DNA of 63,940 nucleotides, counting the filler, from Octopus bimaculoides (lineage: Eukaryota): NCBI RefSeq assembly GCF_001194135.2. It is 3 parts of 3 records of this genome, joined end to end, with 100 filler letters (N's around TTAATTAATTAA, not from the genome) between each part and the next. Parts side by side here need not be neighbours in the genome. Positions count along the whole stretch, not along the records: positions 1 to 25,872 come from NC_068996.1; positions 25,973 to 54,936 come from NC_068995.1; 1 more part is not named here. One strand, 5' to 3'. The position numbers were made by a program, and so were the translations under genes. Positions 24,726 through 38,646 of the stretch are shown here, in pieces (within the stretch, counting starts at the first letter, position 1; every line of letters begins with the position of its first letter). The notes beneath the pieces are model-generated. The model did no database searches. It was not told where the DNA came from and worked only from the letters and a program-made list of their open reading frames with translations.

Positions 24726-25026
24726 GAAATACTTTGTTACAGAAATAGCAGCAGAGGAAAGTGACACAAATCAGGAGTGGTAAAACTTTATTGTTGCTCA
24801 ACTGGAATAACTAGAACGAATGATTTCAACAGTAAATTCTGTTGCTAATATGTTAATACATTGATAATCAGCAGCTATTAGCAGCACAAAACAACTGTTT
24901 TGTCAAAGCATATGTTAATCTCATTAACAGTAACTATACTAAATTAATGTTGAGAAAAACTCCCAAGGATTTAATTACAGACATATTAGATCATAACAAT
25001 TTTAAAATATAAAATTATTTATCTCA

Positions 25027-25872
25027 GCCACATGGTACCAGGTTCAGTTCCATTGTGTAGCACCTCGGACAAATGTCTTCTGTGACAGCCTTGGGTTGAG
25101 CAAAGCCTTGTGAGTGGATTTGGTAGACGGAAACTGAAAGAAGCCCATCACATATGTGTGTGTGTATCTTTGTTCTCCACCACTGCTTGACAACTGGTGT
25201 CAGTGTGTTTACATAACCCCTAAACTTAGTGGTTTGGCAAAAGAGACCAGCAGAATAAGTATCAGGCTTAAAAAAACAGAGTACTGGGGTCAATTCATTC
25301 AACTAAAAGCCCTTCAAGGCAGCACCCCAGCATAGTTGCAGTCTAATGACTGAAACAAGTAAAAGATAAAAGATACAGGTGTGTAAAAACCAGACAAATT
25401 AAACAGGTGCAGGTGTGGCTAAGATGTTTTCCTCTAGAGTTCAGTCCCATTGTGTGACACTTTGGGGAAGTGTCTTCCATTATAGCCCTGGGCTGAACAG
25501 AAACTGGAAGAGACTCATCATAGGCGCAGGAGTAGCTGTGAGGTAAGAAGCTTTCTTTCCAACCACATGATTCTGGGTTCAGTTCCACTGCAAGACACCT
25601 TGGGCAAGTGTCTTCCACTATAGCCTCAAGCCGACCAAAGACTTGTGAGTGGATTTGGTAGATGGAAACTGAAAGAATCCCATCATATGTGTGTGTGTAT
25701 CTGTGTCTGTGATTTCGCCCCCCACCCCCACCCCCATCGCTTTACAGCTGATGTTGGCGTGTTTACATTTCCAAAACTTAGCAAAAGAAACTGATAGAAT
25801 AAGCTTTAGGTTTACAAAGAATAAGTCCTGGGGTCAATTTGTTTCACTAAAACCACTTAAACAAGTAAAAGA
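25027..25872 (+). mobile_element. Tandem cluster of SINE family A copies
   Basis: Copies at ~25027-25375, ~25395-25515 (head only) and ~25522-25872. Confidence 0.8.
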
Positions 25873-25916
25873 NNNNNNNNNNNNNNNNNNNNNNNNNNNN
25901 NNNNNNNNNNNNNNNN

Positions 25917-25928
25917 TTAATTAATTAA
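25917..25928. other. Artificial TTAATTAATTAA gap linker
   Basis: A 12-mer between N runs, repeated identically at 54981-54992. It gives stops in all six frames. Confidence 0.85.
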
Positions 25929-25985
25929 NNNNNNNNNNNNNNNNNNNNNNNNNNNNNNNNNNNNNNNNNNNNATATATATATATA

Positions 25986-26021
<36 letters not shown>

Positions 26022-26029
26022 TATATGTA

Positions 26030-26280
26030 TAGGTGCTGGAGTGGCTGTGTGGTAAGAAGCTTGACACCTTGGGCAAGAGTCTTTCTACTGTAACCTCGGG
26101 CCGACCAAAGCCTTGTGAATGGATTTGACAGATAGAAATTGAAGGAAGCCCGTCGTATACGTGTGTGTGTGTGTATTCGACGGGCTTCTTTCAGTTTCTG
26201 TCTACCAAATCCACTCACAGGGTTATAACAGAAGACATTTGCCCAACATGTTACGCAGTGGGACTGAACCCGGAACCAAG
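26030..26280. mobile_element. Inverted pair of SINE-A 5' halves joined at the internal microsatellite
   Basis: gaaggaagcccgtcgtatac(gt)n attcgacgggcttctttcagtttc. Confidence 0.75.
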
Positions 26281-26474
26281 TGTGTCTTTATGATTCGCTC
26301 ATGAGGACAATGTAAGAACGATGCATTTCTCTCCAGAAATTACCGAAATAATAAAAAATGTTATAAATTATGGAACTAAAATCGATTTTGTGCAATTTAT
26401 AAATATTTTAATGTCACTTTCTTATAATATCAAATACTGATTTGGGACTCTGGCACAATTGAGGACGACAATCT

Positions 26475-27110
26475 GGCAGAAACTAAATAATCCGGCCAAA
26501 ATGCTTTGCGGCATTTAACCCTTCTTCACATTCTGAGTTCAAATTCCTCCGAGGTCCACTTTGCTTTCATCCTTTCGGGGTCGATAATATAAGTGTCAGG
26601 TGACCACTGGGGTGGATGGAATCGACTTAACTTCTCCGGATTTGCTGGCCTTGCGCCGAAAATTGAAATCAATATTCTTTTCTACTCTAGGCACAAGGCC
26701 TGAAATTTTAGGGAAGGGGTCCAGTCGATTAGATCCCTCGGCAGATTTTGAACTCCTTCAGTTAGTGTTTAATATTGATTTCCATTTTTCCGCCAAGGTT
26801 GACTTTACCTTTTATCCTTTCAGGGTCAATGAATTAAGTACCAGTTACGTACTGAGGTCAATGTAATCGACTGGCCCTCTCCCCTAAAATTTCAGGCATT
26901 GTGCCCAGAGTAGAAAAGAATATTTTTGGCGCAAAGCCAGCAAGTTCGGAGAAGTTAAGTCGATTTCATTGACCCCAGTGCTCACCAGGTACGTACATTA
27001 TCGACCCTTAAAGGATGAAAGCAAAGTAGACCTGAGAAGAACTTGAACGCAGAGTATGAAGATGGGCTAAATGCCGCAAAGCATTTTGGCAGGCTTGCTA
27101 AGACTGTCTC
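26475..27110. repeat. ~635-bp foldback built from four SINE-B segments (+,-,+,-)
   Basis: 26495-26520 pairs with 27065-27090, 26545-26590 with 26995-27030, 26607-26665 with 26925-26985, and 26674-26735 with 26862-26922. Confidence 0.75.
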
Positions 27111-28943
27111 CTTAAGTTAATGTTTAATATTGGTTTCAAAGTGAGGCAGTAAGCTGGCAGAATCGCTAGCACGCCGGGCAAAGTGCTTAGGGACATTTCG
27201 TCTGTCTTTAGTTTAGAGCTCCAATCCCGTCGAGGTTGATTTTGACTTTCATTATTTCGTGGTCAATAAAATAAGAACCAGTTGAACACTGGTGTTCGAT
27301 ACAAATCGAGTCAACATCCCGACCCCCCCCACCACCACCGAAATTGCTGGCTTTGTATCAAAATTTGAAGCCAACGCTAACACTAATTTGTGTTTAAAAT
27401 TATCAGATATAGTGGTGACAATTTTGCTGACATACACCACTTGCGTCAGAAGAAAAACGAAAATAGTACAAACACAAATTTATTAAAAATACACATACAC
27501 AAACACAAACACACACACACACACACATACATACATACATACATACATATATATTTATATATGTGTGTACGTGTGTGTGTGTGTCTTGAAAAGTTCAACC
27601 GTGTATTCATTGGTCGGAATTAATCACATGACAATTAATGAAGTGTATATAACAATTGATAAAAATCTGATCATTGAGTGATGCCTGTAATAAAATCTAG
27701 TTGGACAGTCCGTGGTGATGTTTAGATTTATGAAAGATATTTATTTCAGCAAACAACTTAATTTCCCATCGTTTATCAAATGCTCTGCAACATGATTACA
27801 GTTCCTGATTATTTAGGCGAACACGCGTTCGGTTCGCTATCATTCTTGTGCAATTATACTATATAGTTTATCTTTATATATATATATTTTCATATTTTTT
27901 ATTTTATATTTTTTTTTTGTAATGGTAATTTAGATAGCATCACGTAAATCTATTCTCCCTGACCCCATATAATAAACAGACAGACTGAGAGGCTGACAGA
28001 CAGACAGACAGGCAGAGAGAAGGTTACACAGATAGAGGGAATTAGACCTTTTTTTCAGCTGCTTCGTTTTCTTCCACTTATAACAACTATATATGTGTTT
28101 ACGCATGTGTGTCTGTATATGTATGTATATGCTTATATATGTATACGAGTAAGGTTTTGTACGTGCATATATATATANNNNNNNNNNNNNNNNNNNNNNN
28201 NNNNNNNNNNNNNNNNNNNNNNNNNNNNNNNNNNNNNNNNNNNNNNNNNNNNNNNNNNNNNNNNNNNNNNNNNNNNNNNNNNNNNNNNNNNNNNNNNNNN
28301 NNNNNNNNNNNNNNNNNNNNNNNNNNNNNNNNNNNNNNNNNNNNNNNNNNNNNNNNNNNNNNNNNNNNNNNNNNNNNNNNNNNNNNNNNNNNNNNNNNNN
28401 NNNNNNNNNNNNNNNNNNNNNNNNNNNNNNNNNNNNNNNNNNNNNNNNNNNNNNNNNNNNNNNNNNNNNNNNNTATATATATTATTATTATTTTTTTTTT
28501 ATTATTATTATGAGTGAATGTCACGCAACCATTTCCATGTAAGTTTTATTTTAATAATTCTGATGCGACACTTCTATTCTATTCTATTCTATTATTCTAT
28601 TACGCTTTCATTTTTCTCTCTTCCTTTCTCTAATTCTTTTAACTCCCATTCACCCCCTCTCATTTTTTCTCTCTTCTCCTTTCTCTATTTTTTTTCCTCT
28701 TCCCTTCGCTGTTCTCTGTCTGTCACTCTCTCTCCCTCACTCTTACTCCTTTGCTCTCTCGTGGCTCCCACGTGACCATCGGCTATTTTCTTTCTTTTCC
28801 TAACTTGTGTTTCTTTCTTTCCTTCTGATTCAGCTGGACGAATCAAACGCATTCTTGTCTGTCTCCTGTCCAAGCTTGCTTCTCCGCGTTTACCACCTCA
28901 CCTCGTTTAGGCTTAGCAGCCCTTCCTGTCTGTTTTCACTGTC

Positions 28944-29290
28944 CTCAGCCGCCTGGATTACTGCTCACAGCTGTAATCACCCAGCAGTGTGAAATTAACA
29001 GCAGACCTTGAAGCAATCCAGAGAAGATTCACAAAGAAGATTGTCTCTTTGCAACTGCTCAGCTACTGGGAAAGGCTGAAACAGCTAAGACTCTACTCCC
29101 TGGAGAGAAGGCGGGAGAGGTATGCAGTAATATACATCTGGAAGATCTTGGAAGGAATTGTGCCAAATTTTGGCATTGAAAGCTACACCAAATGCTAGAA
29201 CGGGACGACACTGCATAGTGCCAAAGATCCCAGCAATGCCATCGCGCTTCAGGACCAGTTTCTGCAACAGTTTGGGTTTCAGGGGCCCAC
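28944..29290 (+). mobile_element. CR1-group LINE ORF2 C-terminal fragment
   Basis: LSRLDYCSQL*SP..LEAIQRRFTKKI..LSYWERLKQLRLYSLERRRERY..IWKILEG. Confidence 0.85.
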
Positions 29291-31137
29291 NNNNNNNNNN
29301 NNNNNNNNNNNNNNNNNNNNNNNNNNNNNNNNNNNNNNNNNNNNNNNNNNNNNNNNNNNNNNNNNNNNNNNNNNNNNNNNNNNNNNNNNNNNNNNNNNNN
29401 NNNNNNNNNNNNNNNNNNNNNNNNNNNNNNNNNNNNNNNNNNNNNNNNNNNNNNNNNNNNNNNNNNNNNNNNNNNNNNNNNNNNNNNNNNNNNNNNNNNN
29501 NNNNNNNNNNNNNNNNNNNNNNNNNNNNNNNNNNNNNNNNNNNNNNNNNNNNNNNNNNNNNNNNNNNNNNNNNNNNNNNNNNNNNNNNNNNNNNNNNNNN
29601 NNNNNNNNNNNNNNNNNNNNNNNNNNNNNNNNNNNNNNNNNNNNNNNNNNNNNNNNNNNNNNNNNNNNNNNNNNNNNNNNNNNNNNNNNNNNNNNNNNNN
29701 NNNNNNNNNNNNNNNNNNNNNNNNNNNNNNNNNNNNNNNNNNNNNNNNNNNNNNNNNNNNNNNNNNNNNNNNNNNNNNNNNNNNNNNNNNNNNNNNNNNN
29801 NNNNTATATATATATATATGCACATGCGTGAGAAGTTGCGCATGCTAGATATTAATTCACTGTATCCCCGACAATATAAATGATATTTCATACTGCCACC
29901 AGATCTCCTATTTGCTATTTCGCTATTTCCATGCTCTTAATTCATAGATCTCATAGTTATTACTAATTCTTTATGGGAATTGTACCGGAACTGAAAGCAA
30001 TAGAGATTATTTCTAATTACTGCGTCAGATTTATACCCCGTTTAGCTGCCTCTGTAATAGGCAACAGTCACTTAGTAATCTAATAGCTGTCTGGTTGTCC
30101 TTTGTCTCAACATTTCTTTTGTTGATCATCTTTAGATATACCCAAGTATCTTAGAAAATCTTAGAACTGGACGTCATTGTTGTTATTTATATGGCGGTGG
30201 GCAGGCAGAATCATTTGCATATTTGGAAAAAATGCTTAGAGTTTTCTTCATTAACTAAAACTATATCTTATAATGCTTTAACAATATAGTGTAGCGCCAA
30301 AATTTGAGATACAATAGTGGTCACTTGAAGTAATCTGCAAGTTGATGACGTTAATCATGTGCTCTTTCATTTTGCGTTTTGACAGGTCCCATCTTTTCCC
30401 ACGGCCCTTAAAACTCCGTCCTTTCTTCTGCAGACGTGGCCTCAGTTTTGGGTCTGCTCCCCTCATCCTACCCCTATTGACTAAAGTAGACAGCACAGAA
30501 TTCTTGTGTACCTGCACTTGAGTTCCCGCTAATGTCCTTTAAACTCCGTCTGCCATTGCCCGTACAATTTGTGGCAACGTCTGGATTTCTGGGCTTTACA
30601 TCATAAAAGTCTCTATGCATCATCGCAACCCTACACTTTGCCACAAGCAATTATAAAGACAGCTGAACTACCCAAACCTGATGTGGACATTGGTAGACAT
30701 AAACTCAGTAGCAATCTACTGTGTGTGAATGACTGTATTTGAGTCTGTATTTCAAAAACTTTACCTAGTGATTCGATAACTAGAGATCGATAAGCGAAAT
30801 AACGGCCTGAGATATTAAAAAAAAAAAANNNNNNNNNNNNNNNNNNNNNNNNNNNNNNNNNNNNNNNNNNNNNNNNNNNNNNNNNNNNNNNNNNNNNNNN
30901 NNNNNNNNNNNNNNNNNNNNNNNNNNNNNNNNNNNNNNNNNNNNNNNNNNNNNNNNNNNNNNNNNNNNNNNNNNNNNNNNNNNNNNNNNNNNNNNNNNNN
31001 NNNNNNNNNNNNNNNNNNNNNNNNNNNNNNNNNNNNNNNNNNNNNNNNNNNNNNNNNNNNNNNNNNNNNNNNNNNNNNNNNNNNNNNNNNNNNNNNNNNN
31101 NNNNNNNNNNNNNNNNNNNNNNNNNNNNNNNTATATG

Positions 31138-31174
<37 letters not shown>

Positions 31175-31992
31175 CGTATATATATGTATGTATGCATGTG
31201 TATACGTATGCCTGCATACGTCCATGCATACATATATACATACATTCATACATGCATACATACATACGTACATGCATACACACATACAATCATACATACG
31301 TACATACATACATACATGCATACATACATACATGCATACATACATACATACTATAGGCTTTGTATTGTTTGTAAGCAGCGGTACGAACAATGTATAGACA
31401 TGCTAATATGTTTGGAATTGTAATTAAATAGATTCTTTTTTAATGCCTAGATATCTGGTTTTGAAAGTTCTGATAAATATTTTTCAAAACTTTTTTTTTT
31501 CTTTGACACCAACTCCTTAGGCATTCGTCAGATGGCGTATCAATGAATTAGAACATCGTGCAGTTAGACGACCAAAAAGTAAATGAATAACTAAAATAAA
31601 AAAATGAAAAACGAAACTAACGTAACGAAAACATTAATAAGAATTATGTTAAAAAAAGTAAAGGTGAAATATTGAACAGATATACACATGTGTCAAACTT
31701 TAACAAGCTAAAGCTTCTCTGGAAATAATAATATAATGACTAAATATAATTTTTAATTATTAATAATATCATAGCTGTATTTTCTCTGCATTGAAAAAAA
31801 CCTACTAGACTGTGTTTCAATTGCTACCGTGAAAAGAAATATAGCTTTCGAAAAAGCTGGACGGACAAAAAGACAAACATTTATCTTTTATATAATTGAT
31901 GGCTTATGTATGATTATATACATTCAACATAGACATCTGACAATATTTATGACTGTATATATGACTAGATCTATAGTTACTATAATAGATGG

Positions 31993-32039
<47 letters not shown>

Positions 32040-32207
32040 TGAGAGAGAGAGACAGAGAGAGTGGGCGCGCGCGCGTATGTGTGTGCGTGTGTATGTGTGC
32101 ACACACANNNNNNNNNNNNNNNNNNNNNNNNNNNNNNNNNNNNNNNNNNNNNNNNNNNNNNNNNNNNNNNNNNNNNNNNNNNNNNNNNNNNNNNNNNNNN
32201 NNNNNNN

Positions 32208-32239
<32 letters not shown>

Positions 32240-33069
32240 TGTATGTATGTATTCATGATATATTTTTCAGCTTGCCAGACATATATGATAGATTTATGCA
32301 AATTAACTGATTATTACTCATTAACGAAAAATCTAGAAAAGAGGAACCAAAGAAAATTAACGATATCAACGGAATCAATATAAAAACAAATTTAATTAAT
32401 GAAAGTCACTTGATAATTACTTGTCCCAGAAAACTGACGTTTCCTTTATATTTCGGTCCTTAATAATTGTTCTTCTCACTTCATTTTTTCCTCCTTCCCA
32501 TCCTCAACTCCATCTCTTTTACAACTGTTAAAAGCAGAAACGGTAATAATTTGCGTTTCTGAAAGTCACAAAGCATTCAGTTATTGTTCTCAGCTGGAGT
32601 TTTTATTCTTTCAATTTTCCCCTATCTTCCTTGGTTGATAGATTTAAATATAATTTTTATATTTATATATATACTAAACTATTACCCAGCGAAATTATGT
32701 TCCTTTGCTTATGTAATTAACTAATACGTTTCTATTGGCGAGTACTGTGGGGCACGAAGCAATCTTACATCAGTATGAAACTGTGATCTAAGATTACCGG
32801 CAACAAGAAAGACTTGTGAAATATAGTTTTGCGCCGGACAAAATGTATAGGATTAGGTCTGAAGAGTGTCTGTGTATTTGTCGCATGGAGAATCATTAGT
32901 TGATCATGTTGTTCCCATTGAAAGATGTCTAAGAAGATGATACAGATCACAAATGTCGGATCTATATAGGCAGCTAGAAACTGAGGACACAATCTAATGT
33001 TTACGTTCACTTCCTTCGTAAGCACCATGGGAAAAGCATGAGAGTTCATTTCTTGAAGCGCATATTTCC

Positions 33070-33261
33070 TTAACCTATTAAGTCCCAGAGTACTTAAATT
33101 TCTGAATATTACTTTAAAATGATTATTAAAACTCCTTTACTTCAAGCAGATATGGAAATACTCGGTGTCCTATAAATAGGACACTGAGACAATGTGATAT
33201 AGCTTATTTAATGTTCTCATTTAATGTCCTATTTATAGGACAATGGGACTTAATGGGTTAA
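33070..33261. mobile_element. piggyBac-type MITE (184 bp) with TTAA TSD
   Basis: TTAA|CCTATTAAGTCCCA ... TGGGACTTAATGGG|TTAA. Internal inverted GTCCTATAAATAGGAC and GTCCTATTTATAGGAC. Confidence 0.85.
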
Positions 33262-33455
33262 AATTAATTAGTTATTTTACCTTATGAAAAAAAGGTATGA
33301 ACTTGCATGAACTCGCAGTTGATACAAGCATCACCGGCCAACGCCAAAATACTCATCTTACGCCGCCGCCACTACCTACCGCTACCCTCCCCCACGATTT
33401 GTGTGCAATTTTTTAATCAGTTTGTTTCACTGTGTGTGTGTATACATACATATAT

Positions 33456-33528
<73 letters not shown>

Positions 33529-33561
33529 CATGTGTATACATATATATATATATATACACAG

Positions 33562-33597
<36 letters not shown>

Positions 33598-33770
33598 ATA
33601 TAAATATATATACACATGTATATACACACACACATATGTACATATACATATGCATACACACACACACACACATATATATANNNNNNNNNNNNNNNNNNNN
33701 NNNNNNNNNNNNNNNNNNNNNNNNNNNATATATATATATAATATACATGCATACACACACGCAAGCATAC

Positions 33771-33801
<31 letters not shown>

Positions 33802-33974
33802 TCTCTTAGCTGCTTTCTCGTATACGAGCAAAACCATTGCTAGAAAGAATCACTAAAATGAGTCATTGTTGATGCAATGTGAGGGCCTTATATGACTCTT
33901 GAGCCCGGCACCTTCTATTGTGTAATGCACAGCTGTGTCTGCTGGCAGAGGGAACAGCATACTGTGGGATCTGT

Positions 33975-35290
33975 TATTCACATTCTGTTATCCACAGTAT
34001 GAAGTCTTTTGACATGCCTTTTCAATACTCCAACCGAGAGGCACACCTTTAAATGTGTAGCACATATTTTGTTGTGAATATCCAGATCACAGTTTACTAT
34101 GGTTCGATTTCTGTGAGTTCTCTCATGGCTGACCAGGTGCACATGATTCAAGCACCTCCTTCCATAAACCACACATATATAAAAGCAACACTCCCTCATT
34201 TTCCACAGGTTCATTCCTTCTAAGCCTTTTCCTAATCTTCTCGTACTTCATTCTCTTTCTTTCAAACCTCGAACAACCACAGTGCACTCTCTTCCTCCAT
34301 CCATCTCGCTCTTGTGCCTCCTTCTTCCAATCAACAACTGAAATTCCTGTCTGTGTCAGAGCAATTCTGAGGCAGTTCTTGAACCTCATTTTGGGTCTCC
34401 TACCATCTTCCAGCTCACCATACAAAAGTTGCTCGAGAGCTCTTTCACCATTCATTCTTACCAAATGTCCACCCCGACCCCCTCAAATGACTTTGCAGAA
34501 TCATTGATTCTACACTTCTACTACCACTTCTCTCAAGTACCTCCACATCACTGATGGCCTTTCCAATTTATCCCAAGAATCTTCCTGAGGCAATATTGAT
34601 GATATCGTTCAAAATGCCTTAAATACTTACGATAAACAACCCATGTCTCACTTCAATGTAGCAAAGATGGCAGGACACACGTGTTATAAACGCCAACCTT
34701 AATTTGGAAAGATATACTATGGCGTGACCAGAGACGCTTGTCAAGTCTACCAAAGGCGCTACTAGCCTTGCTGATTCTAAATAAAATTTCATCATCAAAG
34801 TTCTCAAAGTACTTCCTAAATAAATGAATTTAGTTACAGCTTTGACCATTCACACTTATAAAAAGTTCCACCTAAAGCTTAGAGGGAGCAGACTGGTACA
34901 TTAGGACAGTTTCTTTCAAGTTGATTGTAAGGTCCAATGCTGAATGTGCTGCAGAAATCGCATTCATCGTGTGTTGCATATCTTCCTGAGAATGTGCTAA
35001 CAGGGCACAATCATCTGCATACAAGAATCCAATGATGAGAGAACGAAGAACTTAAGTTTTGGCAGAAAGTCTTTTGGGGTTAAAAATTATGCTCCCGTTT
35101 ATTCTTCCATATAAGCTACAAAAATGGAGATATTTCATTGCCGTCAATATGTATTATACTGAGCACCACAAATGTTCACCGTATGTGGTTATAAGAGGTA
35201 TTCACTGATTTGTAATCAAAAAAGATTCCAAGTTGGCCAATTAGTCCCAAAGTTCTTGTCGGGACGTAAAGTAAACGAAGCGAACGTCAT
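33975..35290 (-). mobile_element. RTE (BovB-like) LINE, RT to C-terminus, decayed
   Basis: FLYADDCALLAHSQEDMQ..LTINLKKT..KFIYLGSTL..ISKASSAFGRL..LLYGELEDGRRPKMRFK..AQERDGWRK, plus a C-terminal C/H finger (HLVSHERTH). Confidence 0.9.
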
Positions 35291-35917
35291 TTACCTCCCT
35301 CCTCTCTGACGTCTTCTGACAAACGCCAAGCAAAATGGCGTGAATTTGCCAAGCTTTACCTGCAAGAAGTAGCTTTTGAATCTCAATATTGGATGTCAAG
35401 AATCAAATAAAGGGCAGATATTCAATCCTGAGGTTATTCTCATTCCAAAAACGTTTAATATGTCTATATAGAGCAAATGTAGACTGAGATACAGCGATGG
35501 CAGTCAGACAAAACTTAGTATTTAGTATAATCAAAATATCTAGAAAAGATTATCAAACATTTTAAGAGCAGCGAACTTTTATTTTCTTTAAACACTTACC
35601 TAGTTTATAACTTTACTCTCTGCATCTACCAGTGGACTATATGTTGAGTAACCATTATTCGTATTCATAAGGCGGTGAGTGGCAGATTGGTTAGCCACCG
35701 ACGGCATTTCATACACCTTTGCTATCTGAGTTCAAAATTCAGTGAGGTCGATGGTTCCCTTGATCCTTTTGTTCATGATAAATTAAGTGCCAGTCAAGCA
35801 TTCGGGTCAATATGATCGACTATTCTTTTCATCAGATTACAAGCCTTTCTTCTATAGTAGAAAGAATATTTCATGCACGATTTTTATTTACCTCTTCTTA
35901 CTATCATGTCCACTTAC

Positions 35918-36020
35918 AGTTACACGATTGTTTACAATGAAATATTCTGTGTGATTATATCGAGTGTGAAGTATCGTTTCTGGTTGGAACCTCCAGGTTT
36001 CCTGTCCTGAAATTGCCTGG
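35918..36020 (-). other. Candidate coding exon (duplicate 1): QAISGQETWRFQPETILHTRYNHTEYFIVNNRVT
   Basis: Acceptor ...gaactcttag| and donor |GTAAGT. The frame is open and the core is identical to duplicate 2. Unverified. Confidence 0.35.
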
Positions 36021-36529
36021 CTAAGAGTTCATACGGGTACAGGAACAATACCGGACACCTTGTAACTATGTTATGGCACCAACCAGCATGTTACAGAGGG
36101 TGTTTAAGAACTCAAAGGTGCATAAAACGGCAGACCCGCACAATTGTGTCCCCAAATTTGTTTCCTGATAATTTCCAGAAAAATGGGTATGTATTTTAAA
36201 GAAATAGGGAATGTGTGCGCCGGGGGACACACCCGGACACCTGAAGACTAGAGTGAAGTCAGAGTCATCTTCACCTTGTTTTTGGTGTTTGTGGGGATAT
36301 TTTGAGCGGACCTTCACAGGCGTGCCCTCCAGACATTTGGATCCTTATAACTTTCTGAAAAAATGCATATCTGTTAAGGAAATATTCTACAAATACCTCT
36401 CAGATGGCGTACATTACGACTATATCGGAATTTAATGTGAAAAAATAGAGGTCGCGCACACATATATACTGACACACATCCCGATTTTGTTCTGAAGATT
36501 TCAAGATCCATTTTGTGGATATATATGAT

Positions 36530-36713
36530 ATGTGTGTCAGTATATATGTGTGTAATTTCGCGAAAACTTTATTTTGTTTTTCACATCAAATTCCTCTACA
36601 ATCTTAATATACACAATCTGAGAAGATTGTGTATATTAAGATTGTAGAGGAATTTGATGTGAAAAACAAAATAAATTTTTCGCGAAATTACACACATATA
36701 TACTGACACACAT
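36530..36713. repeat. Near-perfect palindrome (90-bp arms, one mismatch, 4-nt loop)
   Basis: Arms 36530-36619 and 36624-36713, loop GAGA. Confidence 0.9.
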
Positions 36714-37799
36714 CCCGATTTTGTTCTGAAGATTTCAAGATCCATTTTGTGGATATATATGATATGTGTGTNNNNNNNNNNNNNNNNNNNNNNNNNNNNN
36801 NNNNNNNNNNNNNNNNNNNNNNNNNNNNNNNNNNNNNNNNNNNNNNNNNNNNNNNNNNNNNNNNNNNNNNNNNNNNNNNNNNNNNNNNNNNNNNNNNNNN
36901 NNNNNNNNNNNNNNNNNNNNNNNNNNNNNNNNNNNNNNNNNNNNNNNNNNNNNNNNNNNNNNNNNNNNNNNNNNNNNNNNNNNNNNNNNNNNNNNNNNNN
37001 NNNNNNNNNNNNNNNNNNNNNNNNNNNNNNNNNNNNNNNNNNNNNNNNNNNNNNNNNNNNNNNNNNNNNNNNNNNNNNNNNNNNNNNNNNNNNNNNNNNN
37101 NNNNNNNNNNNNNNNNNNNNNNNNNNNNNNNNNNNNNNNNNNNNNNNNNNNNNNNNNNNNNNNNNNNNNNNNNNNNNNNNNNNNNNNNNNNNNNNNNNNN
37201 NNNNNNNNNNNNNNNNNNNNNNNNNNNNNNNNNNNNNNNNNNNNNNNNNNNNNNNNNNNNNNNNNNNNNNNNNACGAAAGGTTGAAAGAGACTGAATATT
37301 ATTTGAAACGAAGGCCTTGGAGAAAACGTTTCAGCTATTATTTCGTCACAATGACAGTATAATGAAAAATTGAGATCTCTGGACTAGACGAGAAATTCTT
37401 GAATGAATTTCGCACATAAACGCTACACGCACAATATAGTACACACACACACACATGTACACAAATAAATATTTACATATATAACGTATGCATTTACATT
37501 AATGTGTGTTCAGGTGTTTCTGTGTGCATGTGCGCGTGCGCGTGCACGTGTCTGTGTATGTATGGTTGTGTCCGTGCGGACGCGTACATATGTGTGTTAG
37601 TGTGTGTGTATGTGTGTGCATACCCGTTTGTGTATCAATATATACTGATATTCTTCCAAGGTTGACTTTGCCGTCCATTCTTTCGGGGTCGATAAATTAA
37701 GTACTAGTTACTTACTGGGGTCAATCTAATCAACAAGGCCCTCTCCCCCAAAATTTCGGGCCTTGTGCCAAGAGCAGGAAAGAATATATCCTGATATAA

Positions 37800-38036
37800 A
37801 TGCTACTTCTGTACTACACACAAGGGACTACACACAGAGGGAACAAACAAGGACAGACAAACGGATTAAGTCGATTATATCGAACCCAGTGCGTAACTGG
37901 TACTTATTTAATCGACCCCGAAAGGATGAAAGGCAAAGTCGACCTCGGCGGAATTTGAACTCAGAACGTAGCGGCAGACGAAATAGCGCTAAGCATTTCG
38001 CCTGGCGTGCTATCGTTTCTGCCAGCTCGCCGCCTT
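37800..38036 (-). mobile_element. Young full-length SINE family B copy
   Basis: Close reverse complement of 12300-12500. Present in only one duplicated unit. Confidence 0.85.
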
Positions 38037-38646
38037 GTTAGCATGCCCGGGAAAATGTTAGGGGCATTTCGTCCTTCTTGTTCTGAGTGCTAGAAGTAGC
38101 AGCCCAAATACCTTTAAATAACACCCCAATACTGAATGTTCAAGAACAAACTTAAGGGCAGATTTTCAATTCCAGGATCATTCTCATTCCAAAAAGGTAT
38201 AATATCACTATTTAGAGCAAATGTAGACTGAGATAGAAGGGTCGCAGACAGACAGAATTTAGCTTTCATTATAAACGAAATATCAAGAAACTATTATCAA
38301 ACATTTTAAGAGCAGCAAACTTGTATTTTATTTAAGCACTTACCGAGTTTATAACCCTACTCTCTACATCTACAAGTGGACTATATGTTGAGTATCCATT
38401 ATTCCTGTTCATAAGGCGGTGAGCGGCTGATTGGTTAGCACGCCGGCGGCATTTCGTACACCTTTGCAATCTGAGTTCAAAATCCAGTGAGGTCCTTTTG
38501 TTCTTGATAAAATAATTGCCTGTCAAGCATTCGGGACAATATGATCGACTATTCATTCCACTAGATATCAAGCTTTGTTCCTATAGTAGAAAGAATATTT
38601 AATGTACGATTTATATTTACCTCTTCTTCCCATCATGTCCACTTAC

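Noticed and set aside
24743-24779. Possible 37-nt + exon (IAAEESDTNQE), and similar candidates at 30137-30197 (+) and 41830-41884 (-)
   Set aside because: Splice-like signals with a short open frame are expected by chance, and there is no supporting conservation in the window.
30510-30632. Possible minus-strand exon VAMMHRDFYDVKPRNPDVATNCTGNGRRSLKDISGNSSA
   Set aside because: Weak acceptor, unrecognised peptide, and an internal short duplication typical of repeat-derived sequence.
36010-36020. In-frame TGA shared by both duplicates in a + strand 267/252-nt frame (selenocysteine idea)
   Set aside because: Differences in that frame are mostly non-synonymous, the unit 2 donor is a weak GC, and no SECIS was identified.
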